DNA from: Vicinamibacterales bacterium
Lineage (GTDB): Bacteria > Acidobacteriota > Vicinamibacteria > Vicinamibacterales > UBA2999
NCBI GenBank assembly: GCA_035537775.1
Contig: DATLLQ010000259.1
Location: forward strand, 5,937 to 69,936
DNA: 64,000 nucleotides
Direction: 5' to 3'
In this document: one piece after another, positions 42,897 through 51,580 of the stretch
How positions within the stretch are numbered: the stretch's first letter is position 1
Layout: the number at the start of each line of letters is the position of its first letter
Notes under the pieces: model-generated
What the model saw: the letters and a program-made list of their open reading frames with translations, nothing else
Databases searched by the model: none
What the model was told of the DNA's origin: nothing
Position numbers and translations under genes: made by a program

Positions 42897-45346
42897 AGCA
42901 GCGAGCGGCCGTCTCCACTCCAGCGCGGCCGGCTGCCGCCCTGAGTCGAGACCTGCCAGCGCGGCGCGTTTGCGTCCACAGCGCTCGCAGTTTGGGGGAA
43001 TGGTGTGACCATGACTTCCGGCCGCCCTGTCTGAGAGGACTCGAACGCCAGCCACTTTCCGTCGGGCGACAGCGCGGGATTGGTTTCCACTGCAATGGTC
43101 TGCAGCACCGGAAACGGCTGCCGGTTCCCGTCGAGCGGCATGGCCCACACGTCCTCTGTCGTCGTCGCGCCGATCTGAATGAACACCAGATAGCGGCCAT
43201 CGCGGCTCCGGCTCGGTGAGAACTTGTCGCCGGGCCCGGTCGTGAGCTGCTCTTCCGGGCGCCCGCTCGTGACGTCCTTTCGAAAGACTTGCCAGACGCC
43301 CGTGCGCGGAGAGCTGAAGACCAGTTCGCGCCCGTCGGGCGACCACGACGGCGCGCGATCCGGTTTGGGATCGAACGTCTGACGCGTCTTCACCCGCCGT
43401 GCGACGTCCCAGGTCCAGACATCCACGTTGCCGGCAGCGTCGGCAAGCTCCATCGCGGCATGCGCGCCATCGGGCGAGACCCGCACATGGGTATAGAAGT
43501 CGTCGATGCCCGTCTCACTCTGCCGCTTGCCGTCGCCGTACACCCAGGTGATTCGCGGCCTGTCGGACGCCTCCGTACGGAATGCGAGCATGTTGCCCCT
43601 GGCTGACGACCAGAATGCGGCGTGAAAACCGGGCGGAAACACCGCGACGCTCGGAGCAACCGGCACGGGATCTCCACTGAGCCCGAGCGTGTCCCGGTCG
43701 ATTCGCCGCGCCAGCAGCGTTCGCTCCTGCAGATACAGCAGATATGCCGATTCACCTGTCTGGTTGGGGACGAAGACAGCCTTGCGCCGCGTCTCGAGCA
43801 GACGTGTCTTCTGCTCGGGGTGCGAAAGGGAGCTGACGTACAGACCCACACGTTCAGGCTTTTCACTGCGCACGTGCATCAGGAATCGATCACCGTCAGG
43901 CAGAAACTGCGGTGCTCCGTAGCCGGTCTCTCCTGCGTTCCGGTCCACGGGTGCGATGAGCTGCGGCTGCCCGCCGGACGCGCTGACGCGATACATACCC
44001 TCTGGCGCGCCGAAGAGGATCACGCCCTCCGCGTTCCACGAGCCGCCGGTCGTCGTGGTATCAGCGTCCGGCGCGTCACTGATGGCAATCGGCGTACTGC
44101 CGTTGACCTCAACGCGCTTGAGTTTGCCGACGGCAAAGAAGCCGATGGACGTGCCGTCGGAAGACCAGAACGGAAAGTCGGCACCGTCGGTCCCGGCGAT
44201 TCTTCTTGCGTTCAGCGAGTTCAGCGGCCGCAGCCAGAGCGCTGGAGCCTCTTTTGCGCTGGCAACACGAAACACGATGTATCGGCCGTCCGGTGAGACG
44301 GCCGTTGCGGTGTACGTGTAGTTGAACGCCGTCCCGTTCGGCGCATCCAGATAGAAGGTGGCAACATCCGCGGCGGACGCGGCAGGCCGGAAGGCCCACC
44401 AGGCAACCGCTGCTGTGATCGATGCGGCCCCGACTATCGCGGCCACGTGCATCCACGACCAGGTTCGCGACACACGTGCCGGTACCGAAACCGTCGCCGG
44501 CTCATCCACGATGGCCAGCGCGTCGCCGATGTGCCGCAAACGCTCCCGGGGATCGCGAACGAGGCAAAGCCGAATCAGACGCCGCAGCGAAGGCGGGACA
44601 CCGGTCAGATCCAGTTCACGAGTGAGAACCGCTGCGATGGTGTCGGAGATCGTTTCCCCGTCGAACAGCTTCCGGCCGGTCACCATCTCCGCGAGGACGA
44701 CGCCAAAGGCCCAGATGTCGCTGCGGTGATCCGCCCCCTTGCCTCGCGCCTGCTCGGGCGACATGTAGGCCGCGGTCCCGAGAATCATTCCGGCGCTCGT
44801 CATGTGTGCCGGCGAGGCGACCGTCGGCGACAGCGACAGCGCGACGGTCGACCCGTCGCTGGCAACTACATCGTCGGGGGCTTTCGCCAACCCGAAATCC
44901 AGTAGTTTCACCGTGCCGTCGGGCCGGATCTTGATGTTCGCGGGTTTGAGATCGCGATGCACAATGCCGCGCTCGTGGGCTGCTTCGAGCGCCGAGGCGA
45001 CGTGTTTCGCGATGTGCAGCGCTTCGTCGAGAGACAGTGGCCCACTCGCCATGCGCTCGGCAAGCGTCGAACCCTCGACGAGCTCCATGACGAGCGCCGA
45101 GATGCCGTCGGTGCGCTCGAGGCCGTAAATCGCCGCGATGTTGGGATGGTTCAGCGACGCAAGGACTTCGGCTTCGCGCTGAAACCTGGCGAGCCGCTCG
45201 GCGTCGGACGCCAGTGCGTTCGGCAGGACCTTGATCGCGACCTGCCGCTTCAGATTGGTATCGACCGCACGGTATACCTCGCCCATGCCGCCGGCGCCGA
45301 GCGAGCCGACGACTTCGAACGGCCCGAGGCGGGTGCCCGCATCCAT
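42668..45346 (-). CDS. Ser/Thr protein kinase with TM segment and TolB-like beta-propeller repeats
   Basis: GAGGMGEVYRA, VAIKVL, HRDLKPANI, DFGLA and SPEQ motifs. C-terminal WD40/TolB-type repeats (SPDGRY..., WSPDGREL..., LSPDGKWLAF). Confidence 0.88.
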   Translation of the reverse strand: MDAGTRLGPFEVVGSLGAGGMGEVYRAVDTNLKRQVAIKVLPNALASDAERLARFQREAEVLASLNHPNIAAIYGLERTDGISALVMELVEGSTLAERMASGPLSLDEALHIAKHVASALEAAHERGIVHRDLKPANIKIRPDGTVKLLDFGLAKAPDDVVASDGSTVALSLSPTVASPAHMTSAGMILGTAAYMSPEQARGKGADHRSDIWAFGVVLAEMVTGRKLFDGETISDTIAAVLTRELDLTGVPPSLRRLIRLCLVRDPRERLRHIGDALAIVDEPATVSVPARVSRTWSWMHVAAIVGAASITAAVAWWAFRPAASAADVATFYLDAPNGTAFNYTYTATAVSPDGRYIVFRVASAKEAPALWLRPLNSLNARRIAGTDGADFPFWSSDGTSIGFFAVGKLKRVEVNGSTPIAISDAPDADTTTTGGSWNAEGVILFGAPEGMYRVSASGGQPQLIAPVDRNAGETGYGAPQFLPDGDRFLMHVRSEKPERVGLYVSSLSHPEQKTRLLETRRKAVFVPNQTGESAYLLYLQERTLLARRIDRDTLGLSGDPVPVAPSVAVFPPGFHAAFWSSARGNMLAFRTEASDRPRITWVYGDGKRQSETGIDDFYTHVRVSPDGAHAAMELADAAGNVDVWTWDVARRVKTRQTFDPKPDRAPSWSPDGRELVFSSPRTGVWQVFRKDVTSGRPEEQLTTGPGDKFSPSRSRDGRYLVFIQIGATTTEDVWAMPLDGNRQPFPVLQTIAVETNPALSPDGKWLAFESSQTGRPEVMVTPFPQTASAVDANAPRWQVSTQGGSRPRWSGDGRSLLYVSLDDLSIMRAGIRAAGAGFQSDPPQVFSEIAVMPVARSPFDVTFDGRVLLLERTVNSASLSVVTNWRELMASR

Positions 45347-45355
45347 CGCTCGCGT

Positions 45356-45361
45356 ATGTTA
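45356..45361 (-). promoter_or_regulatory. -10-like TAACAT, 9 nt upstream of ATG 45346
   Basis: On the minus strand GTAACATACGCG-agcg-ATG. The same 12-mer recurs at 46551-46562. Confidence 0.35.
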
Positions 45362-45364
45362 CGA

Positions 45365-46546
45365 CTAAGCGGGCGCCGCGCCCTGGGTGTTCACGTACAC
45401 CGCATACAGCGACTGCCCCGCCGCCATGAACAGGCGATTGCGCTTCGGCCCGCCAAACGTGATGTTCGCGCAGACCTCCGGCAGGCGAATGCGGCCGATC
45501 AACCGGCCATCGGGCGCGTGCACGGTGACGCCGCTGTAGCCAACGTTGCTGCCGGCGTTGCTGCTGCACCACAGGTTGCCGGCCACGTCGGTGCGGATCC
45601 CGTCGGGGCCGCATCGAATGCCGTCCACGGTGAAGTTGCCGAACGGCGCCACGTTCGCCAGCGTGTTGTTCGTCGTGATGTCGCCAGAGACGACACCGCC
45701 GCGCGCCACGATGTACAGCTTCTTGTAGTCGGGAGAGAACGTGATGCCGTTGGGCGCCGAACCGAGCGCGTCCTGATCGATCACCAGCGCGACGCGGCCG
45801 CTTGCATCCACGCGATAAACGTTGAACGGCAGCTCGCGCTTGAGATCGCCGGCGCCCGCGCGTTGTCCGGCGCGCGCGTTGAGGCGGCCCTGCTGGTTGC
45901 TCGGCCCGCCCGGCGCGTCAACGACGCCTTCGTACAGCGATCCGCCAAACGGCGGATCGGTAAACCAGACGCTGCCGTCGCGATGAACGGCGACGTCGTT
46001 GGGCGAGTTGAGCCGCTTCCCGTTATACGAGTCGGCAATGACGGTGACCGAGCCGTCGTGCTCGTAACGCACGACACGGCGCTCACCATGCTCGCAGGAG
46101 ATCTGGCGGCCTTCGAAGTCGAACGTGTTGCCGTTGCTGTTGCCCGACGGACTCCGGAACACCGTCACGCGGCCATCGTCATCGAGATAGCGCAGCTGGC
46201 GGTTGTTGGGAATGTCGCTCCACACCAGATAGCGGCCCTGACCGCACCACGCCGGCCCCTCCATCCATAACCCGCCGGTCCAGAGGCGCTGGATCGGCGT
46301 GTTGCCGAGACGCAGCGCGTTGAACGCCGGATCGACCGTGACGAGATCGGGATCGGGATAGGTGACAGGCGACGCGCCGGGCGAGAAGTCGCGCGGCGGA
46401 TTCGAAACCACGGACGGCGGGCTGCTGCGCGCCGGCGGCGGAGTCGTCTGGGGCGGCGCCTGGGCGAGCGCAAAGCGAGGGGAAACGGCCGCCAGTCCCG
46501 CAGCCGCCCCGATCTTCAGCGTCAGTTCACGGCGAGTCATTCGCAT
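45365..46546 (-). CDS. SMP-30/gluconolactonase/LRE-family protein with Tat signal
   Basis: MRMTRRELTLKIGAAAGLAAV. Lactonase-type propeller motifs (EGPAW, WSDIPNN, NSPNDVAVHRDGSVWFTDP). Confidence 0.8.
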   Translation of the reverse strand: MRMTRRELTLKIGAAAGLAAVSPRFALAQAPPQTTPPPARSSPPSVVSNPPRDFSPGASPVTYPDPDLVTVDPAFNALRLGNTPIQRLWTGGLWMEGPAWCGQGRYLVWSDIPNNRQLRYLDDDGRVTVFRSPSGNSNGNTFDFEGRQISCEHGERRVVRYEHDGSVTVIADSYNGKRLNSPNDVAVHRDGSVWFTDPPFGGSLYEGVVDAPGGPSNQQGRLNARAGQRAGAGDLKRELPFNVYRVDASGRVALVIDQDALGSAPNGITFSPDYKKLYIVARGGVVSGDITTNNTLANVAPFGNFTVDGIRCGPDGIRTDVAGNLWCSSNAGSNVGYSGVTVHAPDGRLIGRIRLPEVCANITFGGPKRNRLFMAAGQSLYAVYVNTQGAAPA

Positions 46547-46555
46547 GGCGCGCGT

Positions 46556-46561
46556 ATGTTA
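46556..46561 (-). promoter_or_regulatory. -10-like TAACAT, 9 nt upstream of ATG 46546
   Basis: On the minus strand GCAGTAACATACGCG-cgcc-ATG. No SD. Confidence 0.35.
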
Positions 46562-46700
46562 CTGCGTCGTCCAGAGAGTACAGCTCGACACGCATGTGAC
46601 ACCGCGGGATCGCGAAACGGGGGCGACTTTCCCGGCGCCGATGCTGGCACTTCATTTGCCGGATTCACATTGCCAGCCACCTGCGACAGAGGACACGTCC

Positions 46701-47327
46701 ATGTCGCGCACACGCACGACTTTCTCCATCGCTGTCACGGCTTTGGTCGCGGCAGCGCTCGTCGGGCCATCGACGGCGTCGGCGCAGGATCGCACCGCCT
46801 CCGTCGTCGGCTTCGGCGGGATGGGGGTGAACACCTTCTCGACCACGCAGCTCGATTTTGGCGCGAACGTCGGCATGGAACTGACGCCGAGCGTTCAGGT
46901 GATCGGCGAGTTCGGACGCATCGGCGACACGCTGCCGACGCTCTCGGCGGGACTCCTGGACCTGACGTCGTACAACGTTCGCGTGTCGGCTCTGTACGGA
47001 GAAGGCGGGCTTCGCCTGCTGGCCGCACCCGACAGCGCCGTGAATCCGTACGTCGAGGCCACCGCCGGTATCGCGCGGCTGACGCCGCACGTCTCAGGCT
47101 TCGGCTCAGCGGACGTGCTCACCGCCGCCGGGCTCCAGTTTCTCCGCGGCACCGACCCGCTGATCGGGTTCGGCGGCGGAATCCTGCTCCGCGGCGGGCC
47201 GTTGGTTGCGGATGTCGGCTACCGCTACAAGCAGGTCGTCGGGGCCGACTCCCTCGCCAGCCTGCTGAGCGCGGGCCAGCCGCTTCGGTCACATCAAGTT
47301 CGATTCGGAATCGGTGTCCGTTTCTAA
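46701..47327 (+). CDS. outer-membrane beta-barrel protein (OmpA-like/porin-family barrel)
   Basis: Re-started at ATG 46701 (AGAGGA RBS). Signal ...GPSTASAQ. Alternating beta-strand pattern with C-terminal ...VRFGIGVRF ending in Phe. Confidence 0.65.
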   Translation: MSRTRTTFSIAVTALVAAALVGPSTASAQDRTASVVGFGGMGVNTFSTTQLDFGANVGMELTPSVQVIGEFGRIGDTLPTLSAGLLDLTSYNVRVSALYGEGGLRLLAAPDSAVNPYVEATAGIARLTPHVSGFGSADVLTAAGLQFLRGTDPLIGFGGGILLRGGPLVADVGYRYKQVVGADSLASLLSAGQPLRSHQVRFGIGVRF

Positions 47328-47346
47328 GAACAGGGAGCCGTCCCGA

Positions 47347-47616
47347 ATGACCCTGACCGAAGAATTCACCGAGATTGCCAATCGGCTCCGCCCGGCGTTC
47401 GACAACGTCCTCCAGGAAGGCACGAGCGAGTGGGGATTCGTCGTGGTGAAGGATGCGCGACGCATGGTCGAGATCTTCAAGACGCCCGATGGGAAGTGGC
47501 ACATGGACTTCTGGCAACTGGGCTTCAAGGCACACCACCACCCGGCCTGGGAGACCACAGTGGACACCATGGACGACGTGGTTTCAGCTGTGACGGAGTG
47601 GCTCAAACGGGCATAG
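47347..47616 (+). CDS. hypothetical small protein (89 aa)
   Basis: ATG 47347 with an AGGGAG RBS. No family recognised. Confidence 0.4.
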   Translation: MTLTEEFTEIANRLRPAFDNVLQEGTSEWGFVVVKDARRMVEIFKTPDGKWHMDFWQLGFKAHHHPAWETTVDTMDDVVSAVTEWLKRA

Positions 47617-47669
47617 ATGGGCTGATCCTTTCACCGGCTTCCCCTGATCCTGAGCGGCCCGTACGACGC

Positions 47670-47675
47670 TAAAAT
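47670..47675 (+). promoter_or_regulatory. -10-like TAAAAT, 6 nt upstream of ATG 47682 (leaderless candidate)
   Basis: TAAAAT-gcgccg-ATG. No SD. Confidence 0.4.
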
Positions 47676-47681
47676 GCGCCG

Positions 47682-49268
47682 ATGCAGCCGCTCAGGCACT
47701 TCCTCATCGCTGCCTCGGTCCTCGGTTGTTTGGTGCCGGCGCCGGCACGCGCTGCCGGGGCCGCTCCGCTCGTTGACGCTGCCGAACGGGGCAGCCTCAC
47801 CGAGGTTCGCGCGCTCCTCAAGCAGGGCACGGACGTCAACACCGCGCGTGTGGACGGGGTCACTCCGCTGCACGCGGCGGTTTACGCCGACCGCCTCGAG
47901 GTCACGGCCGCGCTCCTGACGGCCGGCGCAAAGGCGACGGCGGCCGATCGCTACGGCGTCACCCCTCTGTATCTCGCCGCCGTCAACGGCAACGCCGACA
48001 TCATCCGGCGGCTGCTCGATGCGGGCGCCGATCCCAACGGAGTCGATGCGGGCGGCGAAACGGTCCTGATGACGGCGGCGCGCAGCGGGCGTCCGGCGGC
48101 AGTGCGCGCGCTCATCGAACGAGGCGCGCGCGTGGACGCGCGCGAGCCGGAGTTTCAGCAGACGGCGTTGATGATCGCGGCGCGCGAAGATCGCGGCGAA
48201 GCGGTCGGCGTCCTGCTCGCGGCCGGAGCGTCGCCGAACGTTCAGACCCGCAAAGGACCGACTCCGGCATTCGTTCCGCCGTGCAAGGGCACGGGCTGCG
48301 GGTCGGAAGGCGTCGGCATCAATCGCGGCGGCCTTCCCGATCGCGGACGCCGCGCCGAAGCCAAAGGCGGCATGACCCCGCTGTTGTACGCGGCGCGCGA
48401 CGGACGGCTGGACACGGCGCGTCGTCTCCTCGAGGCGGGCGCGGACATCGAGCTCCCGGAAGCGAACGGCATTCGTCCGTTGCTGATGGCCGCGCTCAAC
48501 AACCAGCTCGATGTCGCGCGCCTGCTCGTCTCGAAGGGCGCGAGCATCAACGGCGACGACTTCTGGGGACGTACACCGCTCTGGGCCGCTGTCGAGTACC
48601 GCAATCTCGACATGAACAACGTCGAGCAGGACGACCCGAAAGACAACGGCGTCGATCGCGCACCGGTCCTCGAGTTCATCAAGGAGCTGATTGCCGCCGG
48701 CGCCAACGTCAACGCCCGCACCCGCGAGCTGCCGCCGGCCCGCCGCTGGCTCTACTCGCTCAACGACGTGTCGTGGGTCGACTTCACCGGACAGACGCCG
48801 TTCCTCCGCGCGGCGCTTTCGGGCGACACGACGACGATGAAGCTGCTGGTGCAGCATGGGGCGGACCCCAATCTGCCGACGCTGGCCGGCACGACGCCGC
48901 TGATGGCTGCCGCCGGCGTGAATTGGACGGTGCAGCAGACCTACACGGAGTCGCCGCAGGCGCGCATCGACGCCGTCAACCTGTGCCTCGAGCTAGGCGC
49001 TGAGGTGAACGCCGCGAATTCGATGGGGCTGACGGCGCTCCTCGGCGCAGCGAATCGCGGCTCCAACGAGATCATCGAGATCCTCGTGAAGCGCGGCGCG
49101 CGGCTCGACATCAAGGACAAGGAAGGACGGACCCCACTGCGCTGGGCGGAAGGCGTGTTTCTCGCCTCCGTTGGCGCCGAGAGCAAGCCGGCCACGATCG
49201 CGCTGCTCGAACGTCTCCTGGCTGAGAAGAATCAACTCCCAACGCCCAATTCCCAACTTCCAAAATGA
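47682..49268 (+). CDS. secreted ankyrin-repeat protein (528 aa), module copy 2
   Basis: Signal MQPLRHFLIAASVLGCLVPAPARAAG. Ankyrin units collinear with the protein at 28778-30280. Confidence 0.85.
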   Translation: MQPLRHFLIAASVLGCLVPAPARAAGAAPLVDAAERGSLTEVRALLKQGTDVNTARVDGVTPLHAAVYADRLEVTAALLTAGAKATAADRYGVTPLYLAAVNGNADIIRRLLDAGADPNGVDAGGETVLMTAARSGRPAAVRALIERGARVDAREPEFQQTALMIAAREDRGEAVGVLLAAGASPNVQTRKGPTPAFVPPCKGTGCGSEGVGINRGGLPDRGRRAEAKGGMTPLLYAARDGRLDTARRLLEAGADIELPEANGIRPLLMAALNNQLDVARLLVSKGASINGDDFWGRTPLWAAVEYRNLDMNNVEQDDPKDNGVDRAPVLEFIKELIAAGANVNARTRELPPARRWLYSLNDVSWVDFTGQTPFLRAALSGDTTTMKLLVQHGADPNLPTLAGTTPLMAAAGVNWTVQQTYTESPQARIDAVNLCLELGAEVNAANSMGLTALLGAANRGSNEIIEILVKRGARLDIKDKEGRTPLRWAEGVFLASVGAESKPATIALLERLLAEKNQLPTPNSQLPK

Positions 49269-51580
49269 AACCGGTAGCTCTCGCGACGTTTCTGCTGCTC
49301 GCAGTCGCGCTTGTCCGCGTGGACACTCAGACGGCGCAGTCTCCCGCGCCGCGTGCGGCGACCAGTGAGAAAGCAGTCATCGACCGCTACTGTGCGACGT
49401 GCCACAACCAGCGCATGCGCGCCGGCAATCTCGCACTGGACAGCCTCGACGTGAGCGCGGCGGGACGCGATCCGCAGACGTGGGAGAAAGTCGTGCGCAA
49501 GGTGCGCACCGGCATGATGCCGCCAAGCGGCGTCGCGCGGCCCGATCGCGCGACGCTCGACGGCTTCGCCGCCTCGATCGAGACGGCGATCGACCGCGCG
49601 ACCGCGAGCGCACCCAACCCTGGTGCGCCGGCGCTTCATCGTCTGAACCGCGCGGAGTACGGCAACGCCGTACGCGATCTGCTCGACCTGCCGATTGACG
49701 CCGCCAGGCTGCTGCCCGCGGACGACTCGAGCGGCGAAGGGTTCGACAACATGGCGAGCACGCTGAGCGTCTCGCCGGCGCTGATGCAGGCGTACGTGAC
49801 GGCCGCGGCAAGGATCAGCCGCCTCGCGATCGGCGATCCGACGATCAGCGCCGAGCTCACGACCTACACTCCGCCGCGTGGCCTGGCTCAGACGTCGCAC
49901 CGCGAAGGGATGCCCCTGGGCACGCGTGGCGGCCTGGTCGTGCAGCATGTCTTTCCGCTCGACGCCGAGTACGAATTCAGAATCGGCCGTGCGGGCGGCG
50001 GGCTCTTCGGACTCTCGCCAGTCGGCGGCGGCGACCCGGTCGAAGTCACCCTTAACGGCGAACGCCTCCGCGTTCTCGAAGGAAACGCACGCGGCGCGCT
50101 CCGCCTGAAGATTCCCGCCGGCCCACAGACGATCGGCGTCGCCGTCGTTCGCCGGTCGAATCCGCGCGGCGTGGACGACATGTACGCCGAGCTTGCCGGC
50201 ACAGCGGGCGTGAACAGTCTGGGGATCAACGGGCCGTTCAATCCGACCGGACCGGGCGACACGGCAACCCGTCGAAAGATCCTGGTGTGTCGACCACAGG
50301 CGGCAGCAGATGAGCCCGCCTGCGCTCGTCGAGTGCTTGCCGCGTTAGCAACACGGGCGTTCCGCCGGCCGATCGCGGAGAAGGACCCGGCGATCGACAC
50401 GCTGATGGGATTCTTCGAATCTGGCCGTAAGCTGCGTGGCTTCGAAACCGGCATCCAGTACGCGCTGGCCCGGGTGCTGGTCGACCCACAGTTCATCTTC
50501 CGCTTCGAACACGTGCCCGCCTCCGCCAAGGCTCCGGCGGGGCAAGCCCGGAGCGTCTACCGCATCAGCGGCCTCGAGCTCGCCTCGCGGCTCTCTTTCT
50601 TTCTCTGGAGCAGCATCCCGGACGACGAGCTCCTTCGCGTCGCGGCTTCGGGCAAGCTCGACGACCCGGCCGTGCTCGAACAGCAGGCGCGCCGGATGCT
50701 TGCCGACAAACGGGCCGACGCGCTGATCGACAACCTCGCCGGCCAGTGGCTGCTGCTGCGACAGCTTGACGACGTGAGACCCGGCACGAAGGAGTTCGAC
50801 GGCGCGCTGCGCTACGCCTTCCATCGCGAGACCGAGCTGCTCTTCGAAACGATCGTGCGAGAGGACCGCAGCATCCTCGACCTGATCGACGCCGACTACA
50901 CGTTCGTCGACGAACGGCTCGCACGCCACTACGGGATCCCCGACGTTCGCGGCAGCCTCTTCCGTCGCGTGACGCTGACCGACCCCGCACGGCGCGGGCT
51001 GCTTGGCCACGGCAGTTTCCTCACCGCGACGTCCGCGGCCAACCGTACATCGCCGGTCAAGCGCGGCAAGTGGGTGCTCGAGAACCTGCTGGGTGCCCCG
51101 GTGCCGCTGCCACCGCCTGGGGTGGAGACGAACCTGACCGAGACGACAACCGGCGCGGCGCCCACGTCGGTGCGGCAGCGGCTGGAGCGGCACCGCGCGA
51201 GCCCCAACTGCGCGTCGTGTCACGCGGTGATGGACCCGGTCGGGTTCTCGCTCGAACCGTTCGATTTGATCGGCAAGTGGCGCGAGTCCGACGGCGGCGT
51301 CCCGGTGAACGCCGCGGGCCGTCTGGCAGATGGAACCGCGCTCGACGGCCCGGCGAGCCTGCGAAAAGCCCTGCTGGACCGCCGGGACGCGGTTGCGGCG
51401 ACCGCCACGGAAAAGCTGCTAACCTACGCCCTGGGCCGGCGCGTTGAGTATTTCGACATGCCAGCCGTGCGCGCGGTCGTTCGCGACGCGGGCCGCACGA
51501 ACTACCGCTTCTCGTCGCTCGTCGCCGGCATCGTCAAGAGCGTGCCGTTCCAGATGAAGCGCTACGAGGGAGAGCCGTGA
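49265..51580 (+). CDS. DUF1592-type multidomain protein with cytochrome-c motif, module copy 2
   Basis: ATGA overlap with the ankyrin stop. Heme-c site CATCHNQR. Later CASCH. Collinear with 31641-34082. Confidence 0.85.
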   Translation: MKPVALATFLLLAVALVRVDTQTAQSPAPRAATSEKAVIDRYCATCHNQRMRAGNLALDSLDVSAAGRDPQTWEKVVRKVRTGMMPPSGVARPDRATLDGFAASIETAIDRATASAPNPGAPALHRLNRAEYGNAVRDLLDLPIDAARLLPADDSSGEGFDNMASTLSVSPALMQAYVTAAARISRLAIGDPTISAELTTYTPPRGLAQTSHREGMPLGTRGGLVVQHVFPLDAEYEFRIGRAGGGLFGLSPVGGGDPVEVTLNGERLRVLEGNARGALRLKIPAGPQTIGVAVVRRSNPRGVDDMYAELAGTAGVNSLGINGPFNPTGPGDTATRRKILVCRPQAAADEPACARRVLAALATRAFRRPIAEKDPAIDTLMGFFESGRKLRGFETGIQYALARVLVDPQFIFRFEHVPASAKAPAGQARSVYRISGLELASRLSFFLWSSIPDDELLRVAASGKLDDPAVLEQQARRMLADKRADALIDNLAGQWLLLRQLDDVRPGTKEFDGALRYAFHRETELLFETIVREDRSILDLIDADYTFVDERLARHYGIPDVRGSLFRRVTLTDPARRGLLGHGSFLTATSAANRTSPVKRGKWVLENLLGAPVPLPPPGVETNLTETTTGAAPTSVRQRLERHRASPNCASCHAVMDPVGFSLEPFDLIGKWRESDGGVPVNAAGRLADGTALDGPASLRKALLDRRDAVAATATEKLLTYALGRRVEYFDMPAVRAVVRDAGRTNYRFSSLVAGIVKSVPFQMKRYEGEP

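Noticed and set aside
44957-46270. 437-aa plus-strand ORF spanning the kinase N-terminus and lactonase gene
   Set aside because: It crosses the boundary of two well-supported minus-strand genes and has no recognisable motifs.
49231-49265. CAACTCCCAACGCCCAATTCCCAACTTCC repeat-like tract at the ankyrin 3' end
   Set aside because: It encodes the in-frame C-terminal tail ...NQLPTPNSQLPK and has no second copy in the window, so there is insufficient evidence for a distinct element.
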